Part shown: positions 51,549-64,000 of the stretch, in pieces | How positions within the stretch are numbered: the stretch's first letter is position 1 | How the letters are laid out: the number at the start of each line of letters is the position of its first letter | From: Spizellomyces punctatus DAOM BR117 | Lineage: Eukaryota | DNA: 64,000 bases | Reading direction: 5' to 3' (one strand) | Assembly: GCA_000182565.2 (NCBI GenBank) | Contig: KQ257455.1 | Notes under the pieces: generated by a model | Databases searched by the model: none | Told to the model about the DNA's origin: nothing | Seen by the model: the letters and a program-made list of their open reading frames with translations, nothing else | Made by a program: the position numbers and the translations under genes

Positions 51549-53747
51549 ATGGGTGTTAGTGGTTATTGGAAATGGCTCAAGGGAGTTTTCCCAAATGCCT
51601 TCAGTCACACTCTTCCCCTGGATCAGTAAGTCAACGAGCATTTTATCTTCCACGGTTACCCTGGCTCACAATGCTCGGTCACCATTCAGCGCTTATGATC
51701 ATGTCCTCGTCGATGGAAACCACTTTCTTTACCTGGCAGCTCGATCAACAACCAACGAACGCGATCTTTTCGCCGCTGTGAGTGATCGACTTCGAATGGC
51801 TCTTCGCAGCGCTCCTCCTCAGAAAACCATCTTTATTGGTGTGGATGGGCCTGCTCCTTGGGCCAAACTTTTAACCCAGCGGAATAGGAGGACAGCAAGA
51901 CATGTGCGGCAGGTTAGTGATGGAATATTGCCCAGACCACGTTGAGCTGGCGCCGGTCAGGATGAGAGTCTATAAGAGGACGATATCAATTCTTATTCTC
52001 ACTGCGTTTTAGTCCAGATCGGCGATGCCAATGTTTGACGTGCTGCAGTTTACACCAGGATGCTCGTTGATGAATCGACTAGACCAGCATCTGCAGTGGT
52101 TCGCGTGTGATTACCTGGGTAGAGAGAGGTCCAGTGATTTGAAAATCATCTTCAGCGGATCCCGTGTGCCAGCTGAAGGAGAAGTTAAAGTGTTTGGTCA
52201 TGCTCTGGGAAAGCTTAGAAGTAAAACTGGGTCTAAAGACGATACATTTGCAATTTTGGGAGGAGACGCCGATATTGCCATACAGGGTGCGTTCTTGAAC
52301 GGGTTTTTGGCAGGGCAATATAACGTTCTGCTATCAGTTACTTCCTTGCCACAGACTAACAGGTTCCACCCTTGACAGCCCTAGCCTCCAATATACCACG
52401 GACTACCATTGTCAACCCCGAATCCCCATTCCTCCTACATGTCCCCTCCATCGACGACGAACTGGCTAAATTATTCCCTGGAATAGATATGCGGAGAGTG
52501 CGATTGGATGTGGCACTACTATCCCTAATGGGAGGAAACGACTATATTCCAAAGTTGAGCTGGATTGTACTGGACACCTTGTTTGCGTCGTACCTCGCGT
52601 TTCGGACAAAGTATCAAGGGACGTCCCTCGGCAGTAAACAGCTATCATCCAACGAACCCCGCTTCCTAGTCGATCCAGAGACGATGACTTTGGATCTCGA
52701 GGTACTGCGAGCAGTTGTCATGGGTGAGTTTCAAGACACTGTGCGAAGGCGACCTCCGACCAAGTGGCGAAAGGAGCATTTGGGCTCGGAAGGTTCATTG
52801 CATGAAGCTGGAATTTCTCCCCTCTACAATGTCCGCAAGTATCTAGAGGGGCTGCTGTGGAATTTGGACATGTACATGAACGGCCGCTGCTCCGATTACC
52901 GATTCATGTACCCTTATTCGCATGGACCTGCAGCTACAGATGTTGGAGCATGGATTGACGGGTTGGAAAGAACGGAAGGTATAACGGAACTGTCCCTTCC
53001 TGTAACCAATACCGCAAAGGCGTCAAAGCCGTTGCCACCTCCCTTGTGTGCCGTCGCAGTGAGTCATCCGACTTTTGCATGTTTGTCGAATTATCTTCTC
53101 ATCAAACCTTTGTTCCTTGAAGATGCTACCTTTGGAGAGAATATCCTTGGTTCCTATCGAGTACCAACCCCGCATGCAGCAATTTGATGTAGATATGCAA
53201 TCCGGCCTCCGCTCGGACGATTTGGCGACTGGTAATTCCTTTCTGCCATTGCACCACCTCTTGTCACGTGCTGAAATATTTCTTTGGGCTAACAGCGTTG
53301 CAAATACTGGGTGACAGCCATGAGAGCCAACCAGGTGATTTTGGACATCCTGTCTGCGTGCAGTATGATCCTATACGTGCAGTGAACAGCGATGCAGCGT
53401 CTATACCTGAACCATTACCAGGCTTTTCTTCTCTGCCGGCCAGTAGCTTTTTGATTGAAGCATGGGATGAGACAGTATATGCCGCTTGCGATGCGCAGCG
53501 ACTCAAGAAGGCGACTGTTCCGGGTAGGCTGCACGACAAGAGTGCACCCAGCATAAGGATAAACAAATCAAGCCAACAGCCCGGACCAGGGCCAGACAAA
53601 AACACGTCGCCAAAACTTGCAAAAGCAAAAACCACCGTAACACGTACCAAGAAACAGTCACTTGCAGCCGTCGTAGGGAATCTGCCCTCTCACTCAAAAC
53701 CAGTACAAACCGGTTTGTTTTCTGACAGTCTAAATGCAAATCGATAG
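51549..53747 (+). CDS. Compact XRN-family 5'-3' exonuclease (catalytic core only)
   Basis: MGVSGYWKWL, HVLVDGN, IGVDGPAPWAKLLTQRNRR, FTPG, SGSRVPAEGEVK, GGDAD, MGGNDYIPKL, YLEGLLWNLDMY, YPYSHGP, PLPP..MLP. Confidence 0.88.
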
Positions 53748-55294
53748 AGCAACATGCTATAGTGCTGTGGAACGGCATATGAGAACGGAACTTGTAGATA
53801 TCTTGTGTATAAAGAAAAATGTATATTTCGACCATTGTGTAGTTGTTAACGATCGTGGTGAGATCACGTGTTCCCGACCAACACAACTTCGCCCATCCGA
53901 TAACACAACGCGCAAGCTGATCGGTTTACGCTGCGCTGCCTCGCCATTTGCCACTTGTCATCATTGTGACACGTATACAGTGGAGTGGATGTGTGTCCGA
54001 GGCATGTCATATCGTGGCAAAGCCCAAAAAACACGGCCATCATCCTGCAGGAATAGCAAGCCTGGTACGAGTCAAATTACGGTCAAGCCCAACACAACGC
54101 AAACCCAAGAGACAATTGTGAGCAATGTCATGGAGTGCAGCTGAGCGATCGTGCATCATTGAGCCACATACATGTAAATGCAAAGCCCCAAAAATCAATG
54201 GATATTTATAGATCGCCCACGACCCTGAAGACACGATACAATGCTTAGATATCATTGTCAGGTGTCATTGAAATTAAAATCACTTTTGGTATTCATGTGC
54301 GCGCACAGCTCCTTTATATTTATGGATCCGCCCTAGTATGAATCATTTCCCAGCATTTTGGGGCTAGAAGACGGCATTTGGGACAAGGTAACTAGCATTT
54401 TGCATGGTGGAATGCATTGGCTCTGCACTAGCAGTGAGCGCTCTGCAAATGCCAAAAGAGTGCGGTTCCAACCAAAATTAAAACACAATGGCATGTGATA
54501 TTTGGAACAATGAAATTTTAAAAATTCTTTTTTATTTTTTTGAAACGGGATGTTTTTTGCAAGCGTTATCTGGGGTGGCAAGGCAGGGAGCAAGGATGTG
54601 GTGCGGGCAAAGGGATTGCACATATGGGGGAGATTCAGGAGCTGACTACACAACAAGCGGACGACTCGAATAGGGAAATGGGCGTAGTTCTACAGGGGCT
54701 GAAAGGCGGGCCGAGATATCGTAGGGGAGACTGTATAAGGCATTCAAGGTGTCCTCTCCACCTTCAGCAACGTGTGCCTCCCAAGTACAAAAACTCATCA
54801 CGGGGAGGGTCTTTTGTTTGGGGGTTGCTGTTTAGGTATTTTTGGAGACAAAAAAACACTCTGTTAAATGAGGCCAGCTGATGCCGTTTTACAAGCCTTG
54901 TTTTGGTGCCGTCCCCCAAATAGGATTATCTAATGAAATCCTCGGAGCTCCCCGGAGCAAAAGTCCAGACACGCCGAGAATCGTCTTACACAACAAAATC
55001 AATTTCCTTCCCATTTAAGAATTCCTGGTTTGCGGTCCAGCCCAATAAAAATGCCAAACACACGTAATTAATAGTACGCATTGTCTCCCCCTGAAAAATG
55101 TCCATGATTAAAAAACTTCCGCTGTTTTACCGGTTAATTTTAGCGGACAGCCCTCCAGGACAAAACGACGTTGTTGCCATCTGCTCCATCGATTTCGACA
55201 TTGGGATTGCGAGTCCAAGTTGGTCGCTTACTTACTTTTTGCCTTTTTTTGCATTCCATTGCAAAGCATTAGAAAGAGCTCTGTTGCCTTTTCA

Positions 55295-56602
55295 ATGTAT
55301 CAGCCGATGCCCTCGCTTCACTCGATGCCAGCACCACCGCCTGCAGGTGCTCCTCGTCGAGAGCGACACAGGTCGTCGGTCATGGACCTGGACAATCTGG
55401 TGACTCCAGGGGAGACGCTCTCTACGGAAATGTAAGTATTGCCATTTTGATATGGGCAATCATGCACACAGTCGATTCATGTGGTTGCCAGACACAGACC
55501 CAACGAACCACCTCGACCAGAATATACCCGGCCCTTGTTTCACGCAGGCCATCCGTCTACGCATCCAGAGCACACATACGAGCCATACCATCCGCATCAC
55601 TACCCACAGCATCATCGCTATCCATACTCTCCACGCCACAATTATTATCAGTTTCCTCATCATCAGCCACAGTATTACGACCAGAGTCACTTTCATACCC
55701 AACAAACTTCCTATCCGTATGGACATCGAGAAACATACACAAACCATCCACAGTCTTTTGCTCCCGCCCCCGATCGGCACGCCACTGATTCCCGCTATCC
55801 CCCGAATGAGAGTCATTCCAGTTATGGCTACGACCGTCATCAACAGCAAGAACTTGGTCTTGCAGAACAGGTATATCCGTACACACCGCTCAAAGCCAAA
55901 CGCAAGCGAGCTTCCCCAGCTCAGCTGAATGCATTGAATGCCGTCTTTGAGAAAACTTTTTTTCCATCCACCGAATTGCGCCTTCGTCTTGCACAACAGC
56001 TCGCCATGACGCCTCGCGCAGTACAAATCTGGTTCCAGAACAAAAGGCAGACCTGGAGGTTAAAGAATAAGGGCGGCGCAAAGGGGTCTGGAGCTGGGGA
56101 AGACCTGGATGATCGAGGTGACCGAAGACGAGGGTCGAGAACCGAAGAGTCTCTCGAAGAAGACAGTGGTAGCGACTTTCAGGATCAAACTGGAAACCGG
56201 TTTGCGCATAGATCGCAAAGCGGATCAGATGTCTCTCCGTCGGGTGTAGCTGTGTTTACTCCATCATCACCGGAACAACGTATGGACTACTTTTCATCCA
56301 GCTCGTCTTCTTCATCAGAGCCCAATAACTCAATACCTGCGTCACCTTCAGCAGAGTCGGTACGGCATTTTAAGCTTGCAAGCAGAGATGATACGGCCCG
56401 TGCAGCTCACAGTCGCACCACTTCTGTCGACCCGGACACCTCTGATATTTGGCGGACGCAAGGCCGGTCATCATTACCTCCGCCAGATGCGGCATTCCCG
56501 TCAGAGTCCCTACCGCCAGGTCACGGCACACAGGGGAGCAGCGCACCTGATGTGGTTGCATCGTCAACAAGGTCCCCGCTCAACACGGAAGCACCTTCAT
56601 GA
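55295..56602 (+). CDS. Homeodomain transcription factor (Q50) with His/Tyr/Pro-rich N-terminus; 2 exons
   Basis: KAKRKRASPAQLNALNAVFEKTFFPSTELRLRLAQQLAMTPRAVQIWFQNKRQ; intron at about 55432-55491. Confidence 0.9.
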
Positions 56603-57519
56603 TTGGAAGATGAATTAATCAATACAATTTCAAACTACAGATGAAAAGACACGAGCATATTTGAGAAATATCTGTACATAGTCTGGGAATTGATTTCTTT
56701 CTAATTTGCCTGGGAAGGGGGGTAGTCTGTTGCTTTTATTTTTTTTTTTTTATTTGATGCATACTGGGGACGACACTACATTATCACAATGTTGGACTTC
56801 TTTTTTTTTTGGCCATGGTGCAACCTCGCATAAGCGATTCCGTACTGTACTAGTACAAGTATGGACGACGCAACTACTTTACTCTCAATGATCCCTCTGC
56901 AGGTGACGCAACCGCGTGACCGAGCCTCTTGCATTGTCCATAGTCGTTCATCCCTTTTTGGGGCTCACACAGCCGATGAAGTCAGATGTAGCTGGACTAT
57001 TATTGTATCATTTCGAGTTCTATGAAAATGGTCCATCTTGGACAGTCTATAACGTTGTCTTTCACGGCTTGTTCGTCGTAGCAGAGACAAAAGTCATTGC
57101 CTTTACCATATGAACAAAAAAAAGAAAATGCACTTGTACTCTTGATTCAAAACTCGCTGTTTGGCCATGGCCGTCAATATCCAAAAAAAACCTTTTTTTT
57201 TCATGACGTAAAGCACGGTTAGTCACGCGTTGACCCTGCTTCCCTTGCATCTTGCTTCATTTTTGAGTTCCGGTTGGATGTTGGGGGGTTTCATAAGGAC
57301 AAGCCATAAATAAAAAGGCCCAGTGTTTAGCATCTTTTCCCAATATTTTGCATCAAAACCTTTGATCTTCTTGTTGGTCATTGGTCGGTATCTGGCGAGA
57401 CATTTACCAGTGTTTCCCTACTGCTTAAATCTTGCGATCTGCCCTCCATCGATTTATTATTATCATTTACTGGACCATACGCGACATTTATACCCAACCG
57501 ACACTAAAAAGTATATGAC

Positions 57520-59177
57520 ATGGTCGAACAAGTCAAAAAGGCCAACTACACGTTGGTCGTCGCATTATGTCTGTTTGCCTCAATGGGCGGGTTTCTTTTT
57601 GGATATGACACTGGTGCGTAGACTGTGGTTATACCTAACCTGTCTAAGAAGCTTATGCTCAATCATGTATGATCAGGTACGATTGGCGGCCTCTTGAATA
57701 TGCAAAACTTCAAGGAACACTTTGGGAGCTATAGTCCCGCATCCGGTTATTACTTTAGCAACGTTCGAACAGGTCTCATTGTTGCTGTCGTCTCAATTGG
57801 TTGTTGCATCGGATGTCTTGTTTCGGGAAATATGGCGGATCGGATCGGTCGACGTGGATCCATCATTGTTTGGACCGTCGTATACGCCATTGGTATCGTG
57901 ATTCAAATATCTGCTTCTTGGGCTTGGTATCAGATCATGATTGGAAGGATCATTGCGGGCGGAGGTATCGGTGCTTTATCGACGCTTGTTCCAATGTATC
58001 AGTCCGAAACGTGTCCAAAGCAATTGAGAGGCATCCTCGTCAGTTCCTTCCAACTGTTCATTACACTGGGCATCTTGATTGGCTACTGCGTCGTAAAGGC
58101 GACAGAAGGTACGTGTCGCTCAAGAACTGGTACCAGAGATCACCTCCCCTCATATACATTTGATCGCCAGGCCAAGCGTCTACGAGTGCATGGCGAATCC
58201 CTCTTGGAATTTGCTTCATCTGGGCCGGCGTACTTGGTATAGGCATGGTGTTCATGCCCGAGTCCCCTCGATACCTGTTGAAGCAAGGTGATCAGTCTGC
58301 ATCTACCAATTCTCTGGCCAAGATCTACGCCACAAGCCCAGATGATCCGTTGATCCAAGAAGAGGTGAAAGAAATTGCTGAAGGCATCGAACGAGAAGAG
58401 GCTGAAGGCACTGCATCATGGGGCGAGTGCTTCACAGGAAAACCGAAAATGTTCCGTCGATTACTTATCGGACTGGGAGTAATGATCCTCCAACAACTGA
58501 CCGGCGCCAACTTTTTCTTTTACTATGGAAACTCCATCTTCCAGTCGGTCGGAATAGATGACTCGTACATCACCGCCATTATCCTCGGCGCAGTCAACTT
58601 TGTCTCGACAATACCCGCATTATTCCTTGTACAATATTTCGGTCGCCGCATTCTCCTCATCGTCGGGGCGGTCTGGATGTTCATATGGTTCATGGTCTTC
58701 GCATCGATGGGAACCTTCCATGACTCCAGCGACGCAAATGTCGGCCGAGTCATGATTGCTGCGGCTTGTATGTTCATCTTGGGCTTTGCCACGACCTGGG
58801 CACCATTGGCATGGGTCATTGTCGCTGAAACCTATCCCATCCGCGTCCGATCAAAAGCGATGGGAATTGCAACCAGCGGAAACTGGATGATGAACTTTTT
58901 GATCTCCTTCTTTACGCCGTTCATCACATCCGCGATTGGATATAGATATGGATACGTTTTTGCGGCCTGCTGTCTATTCGCTGCATTCTTTGTCTTTTTC
59001 TTGGTGCCTGAGACCAAGGGACGGAGTTTGGAGGAAGTTGATGAGTTGTACGCGGCTGGAGTGCCGGCATGGCGGAGTGCCAACTGGGACCCCCAAACGG
59101 GTCCTCATGGCAAAAATAACGGACTGGAGTTTCAGCATAAGGAGGTGGTGCGGGGAGATAGTGCTGCAACAGTATAA
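57520..59177 (+). CDS. HXT: MFS sugar porter, hexose transporter (HXT/Ght-like); 3 exons
   Basis: MGGFLFGYDTG, SNVRTGLIV, ADRIGRR, PMYQSETCPKQLRG, PESPRYL, QQLTGANFFFYYG, ETYPIRVRS, NFLISFFTPFI, PETKGRSLEE. Confidence 0.95.
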
Positions 59178-59480
59178 TAACGCGAGACTGTTTTGGCGGC
59201 CCGAATACTGACACAGCAATCTTCTGTTTTTCTACTAGATATATAATATGTAATATGCGCTTCCTCCTATCTGCAACTCTTGATCAGAAATGCACAACAC
59301 TTCTCTAGGTACTTCGGGACCATGAACCATGAGAGCCCAATCATGTCTTGGTTTACAGTTGCAGTTTATAGCGATTGACTAAATCAAACAATGCATCTAT
59401 CCTACTCTATAATCATGTTAAATAATGAACAAGTGCCCTGATATAACGAGTGGTTGGTGAATACGGAAAAATCGCCTCCA

Positions 59481-60127
59481 CTACGATTCCATCTCCTGAA
59501 GTACTTTCTTCACCACGCCTGCCACAGCCTTCCTCGGTGCCAAGGCATCATCCACCTTTGCATTTACCTCCTTCATGACCCTTCCAAGATCCTTGACACT
59601 CTTTGCCCCAACATCAGCGACGATCTGCTTCACAACGCTCTCAATCTCCGCTTCACTCATCTGCGCGGGAAGATATTGTTCCAAAAGCTTGCACTCTGCT
59701 TCTTCCTGTTCAGCCAGATCCGTTCTACCCCCGCTACGGTACGATTCCGCAGAATCGCGCCGCTTTTTTATGGATCGTTGGATAATGGTTGGGATGGATG
59801 GCATGGCAGATGCGGATTTTTCGGCGTAGGTGATGTCCGAGAGAAGGGTTTTGATCACTCCGGAGAGGTTGGTGTCCTTGGCGCGCATGGCGGTCTTTAG
59901 ATCCGTTTTCAGACGGAGGCGAATGGCTGAAAATGAGAGCATACGATCAGATACCCACAGCAACAGTACAGTGAGAACAGTATCTCATTACCTTCATCAT
60001 TAGGAGAGGCAGCAGAAGCAGCAAAGAATCGTAAAGATCCACTTCTCACGACGACTGGCTGCACCGCCCTGGCAATGCTAATGTGCGCTGAGGCACGACA
60101 AGTGGTTCCAGCGATAGAACGAATCAT
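59481..60127 (-). CDS. AIM41: Mitochondrial YqeY/GatB-domain protein Aim41
   Basis: Arg/Ser/Ala-rich presequence; LKTDLKTAMRAKD, IKKRRDSAESYRSGGRTDLAEQEEAE..LEQYLPAQMSE, KDLGRVMK. Confidence 0.88.
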
Positions 60128-60281
60128 TTCGTTCGAAAATTGTTGCACCAAAAATGTTAAAATCGGTCAACCTTGCAGAAATCGCAATTTGGCGATGATG
60201 TTGCATGACTTTGCATGACTCACACTCCTTACGATCAAAAAGGTCGCAACGATTCCGTTGCAAACTCTCCATTCTTCCCTC

Positions 60282-61072
60282 ATGTCAAGCACAATGTCCG
60301 CTTCAAAGCACATATCACGGACCTTCGGGGGACGTCTTTGGATACGCCCAACAACTTCAAAACCTGCTCCACTTGCCCTCTGCTTCCCCATTCGGCACGC
60401 ATGTGCGTCAACTAACGCTCGCATTGCAAATGCTTCACCTTTACCAACTCATTCAAGACCAACGCCTATTTCGGGCAGAAACGGCAACAGCGGGGTTGAA
60501 CATGTGTCGGAAACGTATGATGTTATTGCGTTCTCGCTTCTCTGTATATCCATGGGGTTTCCTTAACTCTTGCATATGCCTTTACAATAGACTTCTGGAC
60601 GAGCGGTTGTACCATAGAATTGCGGACGACACTATGGATAACCTCGTAGAGGTTTTGGAGGAGCTAGGAGAGGAGGTGGACATTGACGGATATGATGTCG
60701 TGTTTGCGGTGAGAAGCATATACCTCTGATGGACGAACATCACCTTTGTTCTTAGCATTGCTTCAACCTCAGAGCGGTGTTTTGACCTTGTCCCTTGGAT
60801 CCTCGGGGACCTATGTCATCAACAAACAACCTCCAAATAAACAAATCTGGCTGTCGTCTCCAGTGAGGTAGGTGTTATGGTAGGGCAAACTGTAATGGTC
60901 ACAATCCAATAACATCACTTGACCACTTGCCAGTGGCCCAAAACGGTTCGATTGGTCCGCCTCGACAGAACAGTGGCAGTGTTTGCGGACAAATGAAGTC
61001 CTTGAGGATATGCTGTCTCGTGAATTATCATCACTACTCAAACTTAAAGTAGATATATCGCCATCCCTGTAG
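60282..61072 (+). CDS. YFH1: Frataxin with mitochondrial presequence
   Basis: [51 protein letters not shown]. Confidence 0.95.
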
Positions 61073-61127
61073 ATATTTGCATCAATACATTTTTGCTGCG
61101 CTCGCAATCACTTCATCGAGGTCATGA

Positions 61128-62903
61128 TCAAGATCCAGATCTGTGAATTTGGTTGCTGACGCGGTAAAGCTCATGTAACAGTTTTAGACAACAATCACCG
61201 TTGTTCTCCATCACCAGCAAGACTATCTATATCACTAGTCCCATTGTCCCCCCGCGTTGGCGCGTCGGCTCGTCTTATTTCTGGAGATTGACTCGCTTGT
61301 ATCGACACGCTTTCATCAATACCCAAATCTTCTTTAACCACTGCTTTTCTCTTATGTCGATCGTCATCGGTTAGTGGTCGTCTTGTCAAGGTCAAGCGTG
61401 TCGGTCGCTCCCATTCTTCCTCCTCCTCGTTGATACCCTGACGGAAACCGAATAAATTGAGTACCAGACGGGGGTATATATGAGCCCATCATACTGGTTC
61501 ATAGTGATTCTTACCCTTGCTCGCTTTCGCTTCAGATTTACGCGTCCCTCCATTCGCTTATAAAAGACGCCTCGATTATCGTTATCGAACCTTAATACCA
61601 ACTGTCGAAGGTGCTCGGTTCTTGCATCATAATGGTAATCTCGAACATGACGGAAGTCGAATTCCTGAAAACCAGCACGCGAATTAGTAAGGAAATTGTT
61701 CTAAATCTTACGAAATGAACGGAAGTACCTCCTCGCCCTCCTCGTCCGACCCAAACTCTTCTTCTCTGTTCCGTTTCGCCCGGATCTTTATTATAGACTC
61801 TTCTGTAGGTGTGTAGTATCCCAATACTGTTTCTTGGGTCTCCGGGTTCTGAAGAGGCTTCAGGACCGCTTCTTCCAAGGCTAATGCTTTATCAGAACCT
61901 GGCTCAATCTACCAATGGAAAGGCATTGAGTCAGAAACCTGGAATAAATATAGTGAACATACGTGCTGACCTTCTTTCTCGTTGTCGCTGATTTTTCCAG
62001 TGGATCACAATCAAATACAGATAAAGTCACACGATCGGGCCACGCCCCGCTGAAGTCAGGGAAAATAGGAAAGATCTCAACCGCTTTCACATCCTTCCCA
62101 TCAGGATGTTTGAGATTATCGATCGAAAATTTCTTAACCGCTTCAAAAGTATTCTCAATCGTCTTGAGCTTATCTTCTTCCGTGTGATGTATGTGTTTTG
62201 CGAGCTTTTCGTCCCGCATGATAGACACGCCCATTCTATGTTACGAAGGAGTAAATAAATGGTCGTCCTTACTGAGGCACCAGTTCAGTCTACCCGCTAC
62301 TCACTGTCTCTCAATACCCATTTGCACTCGTCCGTACGTTTTGGCTTCTCCGGCCATATTGACATTCGTTCTTCTCAAAAACAGGGGTGAATTCGCAAAG
62401 GAGATCTCTTTGGACTTTGCCTTTGCTGTATTTAGTTGATGGGGCTTTGCAAGCAGCTCCTCATCCTCCGGGTCAAGTTGTTGTGGAACCAGCTTTGCTG
62501 CATATCGATGAACAGCTTGTTATTAGCTATACGGGGGCTTTCTCCAAAACGAGAGGAACCATGGACCCACCATCCGGATTACGAAATGAGTCCTCCAAAA
62601 ATCCCATTCCTAGTGGCGCGCATGGAACCCCGTTTTCATTATCTGGTCCGCACACTTCAAAGAAGAACTTGTCGGATAAAGAGTTTGGCTCGTAGCGGTA
62701 AAGCCGGTCTGGCGGAAACGGGTATTCGAGAAGTTTGGGCTGGAAAGGAAGATCTGGGAGGTCGTTCCGATACACGTAACGAAACGCCCAATCGTTGCCG
62801 TATCTGACAGGAAAAATACATTGGGTTTAGGACTATGAAGAGGATCGAAATGAAACATCACGCTATCTAACTTCTTTGTCTCCTGCTGTCGGTGCTTCGA
62901 CAT
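61128..62903 (-). CDS. PAF1: RNA polymerase II-associated factor Paf1; 3' end either 61195 or 61128
   Basis: YRNDLPDLPFQPKLLEYPF, IENTFEAVKK..LKHPDGKDVKAVEIFPIFPDF, FRHVRDY, VFYKRMEGRVNLKRKR. Confidence 0.88.
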
Positions 62904-63399
62904 TATGACCGTGAAAGTGCCCTGAATCCACCGCTGGTTTAAAGCTGGTAGCGCGGAAGCTGAAGGGAAGGTTTAGAGCTGGAATCGACACACACGTAAC
63001 CACACTGCTCTTGATCGCTTGCTGTGACCGGTCACGTGCTCTGGTCGTCGATCTGAATACCCTTCGTAGAGGAATAGATGGATGCTTTTTCCAAACGAGC
63101 TTCCATCTCTGTTTGGATTACATTTCCCATGAAATTTTAAACGTTTCTTGCTGGAATGCAGGGTCCTTCATGTGCCATAACCAAAATCAAATCATACAAC
63201 AGCGTGCTTTGTTTATGTACAATTTATCGACCTTGTCTATTCTGCGGTATTGCGACTGCTTGCTTTCCCAACATTTGGTCCATCCACCGACTGACAAATG
63301 GGGAGGTCGGGGTACATTGGAGTCGCCGCACCTCGCTGTCTGACAGATGAGCAAACTGGCACTAGACAAAACAAGACATCCACTTAGAAAAAACGGTTG

Positions 63400-64000
63400 C
63401 TACGCTCGACAATTATGAATGCAACTTACACTCGTATCCTGACATTGTTTATTGAACCTATAAGCTCGACACCATTTTATTGGTAGTACAGGTTTTCGGG
63501 AAGGTATGCTCGCTTTGGGTATTGGCGTGAAGGTATAGGGGATTTGCAATGGTAAATCCAGACTCCCTTTCCATTCCAGCGGTATGTATGATGCTTCGTC
63601 CGCTCGAAGAGTGATATCTTGATGTTTGCCGTGCAAGTCGTAAAGTTTTAGTCGTGCTTCGTACGGTATGTCCGACGCGCGGTCAAATGAGACGCTTTTC
63701 TTGATAGTGAGGTGATCTGCTCCTTTGCCGTGCCAGATCAGGTATGTCCCGAGGCTCAAGCTGATAGGCGAACCTTGAGTCAGGTTATCTCCATAGTAGA
63801 GAAAACTAAGCAATACCTCTTTGTCGAAGTCAAAATATCATGCAAATATTGGCTGAAGGCCAAAGGCCTAGAAAAAAGCGGGTTGAAGAAAGGCCCTCAC
63901 TAAACTATCTTTTTTCGACCTTACCAGCTGGTCTCGACAGCCATATCTTCCAGTGATCCCCGCTCTATGTGCACCAATTGTGAGTTCATAGGGTTAAATC
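63400..64000 (-). CDS. 3' part of an unidentified gene entering from the right edge
   Basis: 137-aa ORF 63400-63813, preceded by a strong gtaag donor near 63925 and an open frame to the window end. Confidence 0.45.

Noticed and set aside
53141-53148. ATATCCTT, a U12-type 5' splice signature
   Set aside because: It lies inside an open exon of the XRN-like gene (RISLVP) with no need for an intron; no convincing U12 intron was found in the window
55452-56026. Overlapping alternative-frame and antisense ORFs in the homeobox gene
   Set aside because: By-products of the low-complexity His/Tyr/Pro coding tract

Overview
Gene-dense, intron-rich eukaryotic DNA with about 33 protein-coding genes, short introns (mostly 50-90 nt, GT-AG with at least two GC-AG) and many head-to-head gene pairs. 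A fungal chitin synthase occurs together with flagellum/centriole-associated genes (PPP1R42, a DPY30-domain radial-spoke-like protein, a profilin-4-like protein). This points to a zoosporic early-diverging fungus, probably a chytrid (inference). Most genes are housekeeping: PGI1, SGF73, CHS, eIF4A3, PEF1, PCD1, ALG3, CPY, PRP46, eIF1A, SRP40, GTR2, SOF1, UBA4, HXT, AIM41, YFH1 and PAF1. Three features stand out. (1) One spliced gene (29306-26245, minus) fuses FHA, an acidic APLF-like tract, a PBZ zinc finger, a circularly permuted macrodomain and aprataxin HIT/zinc finger, giving a predicted ADP-ribose-reading DNA end-repair protein. (2) A PAXX-like NHEJ factor with a recognisable Ku-binding tail lies about 6 kb away. 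(3) A compact XRN-family 5'-3' exonuclease keeps its catalytic residues. No tRNA, rRNA, CRISPR or transposon was recognised. All exon structures and family assignments were made by eye from memory of the families; no searches were run.
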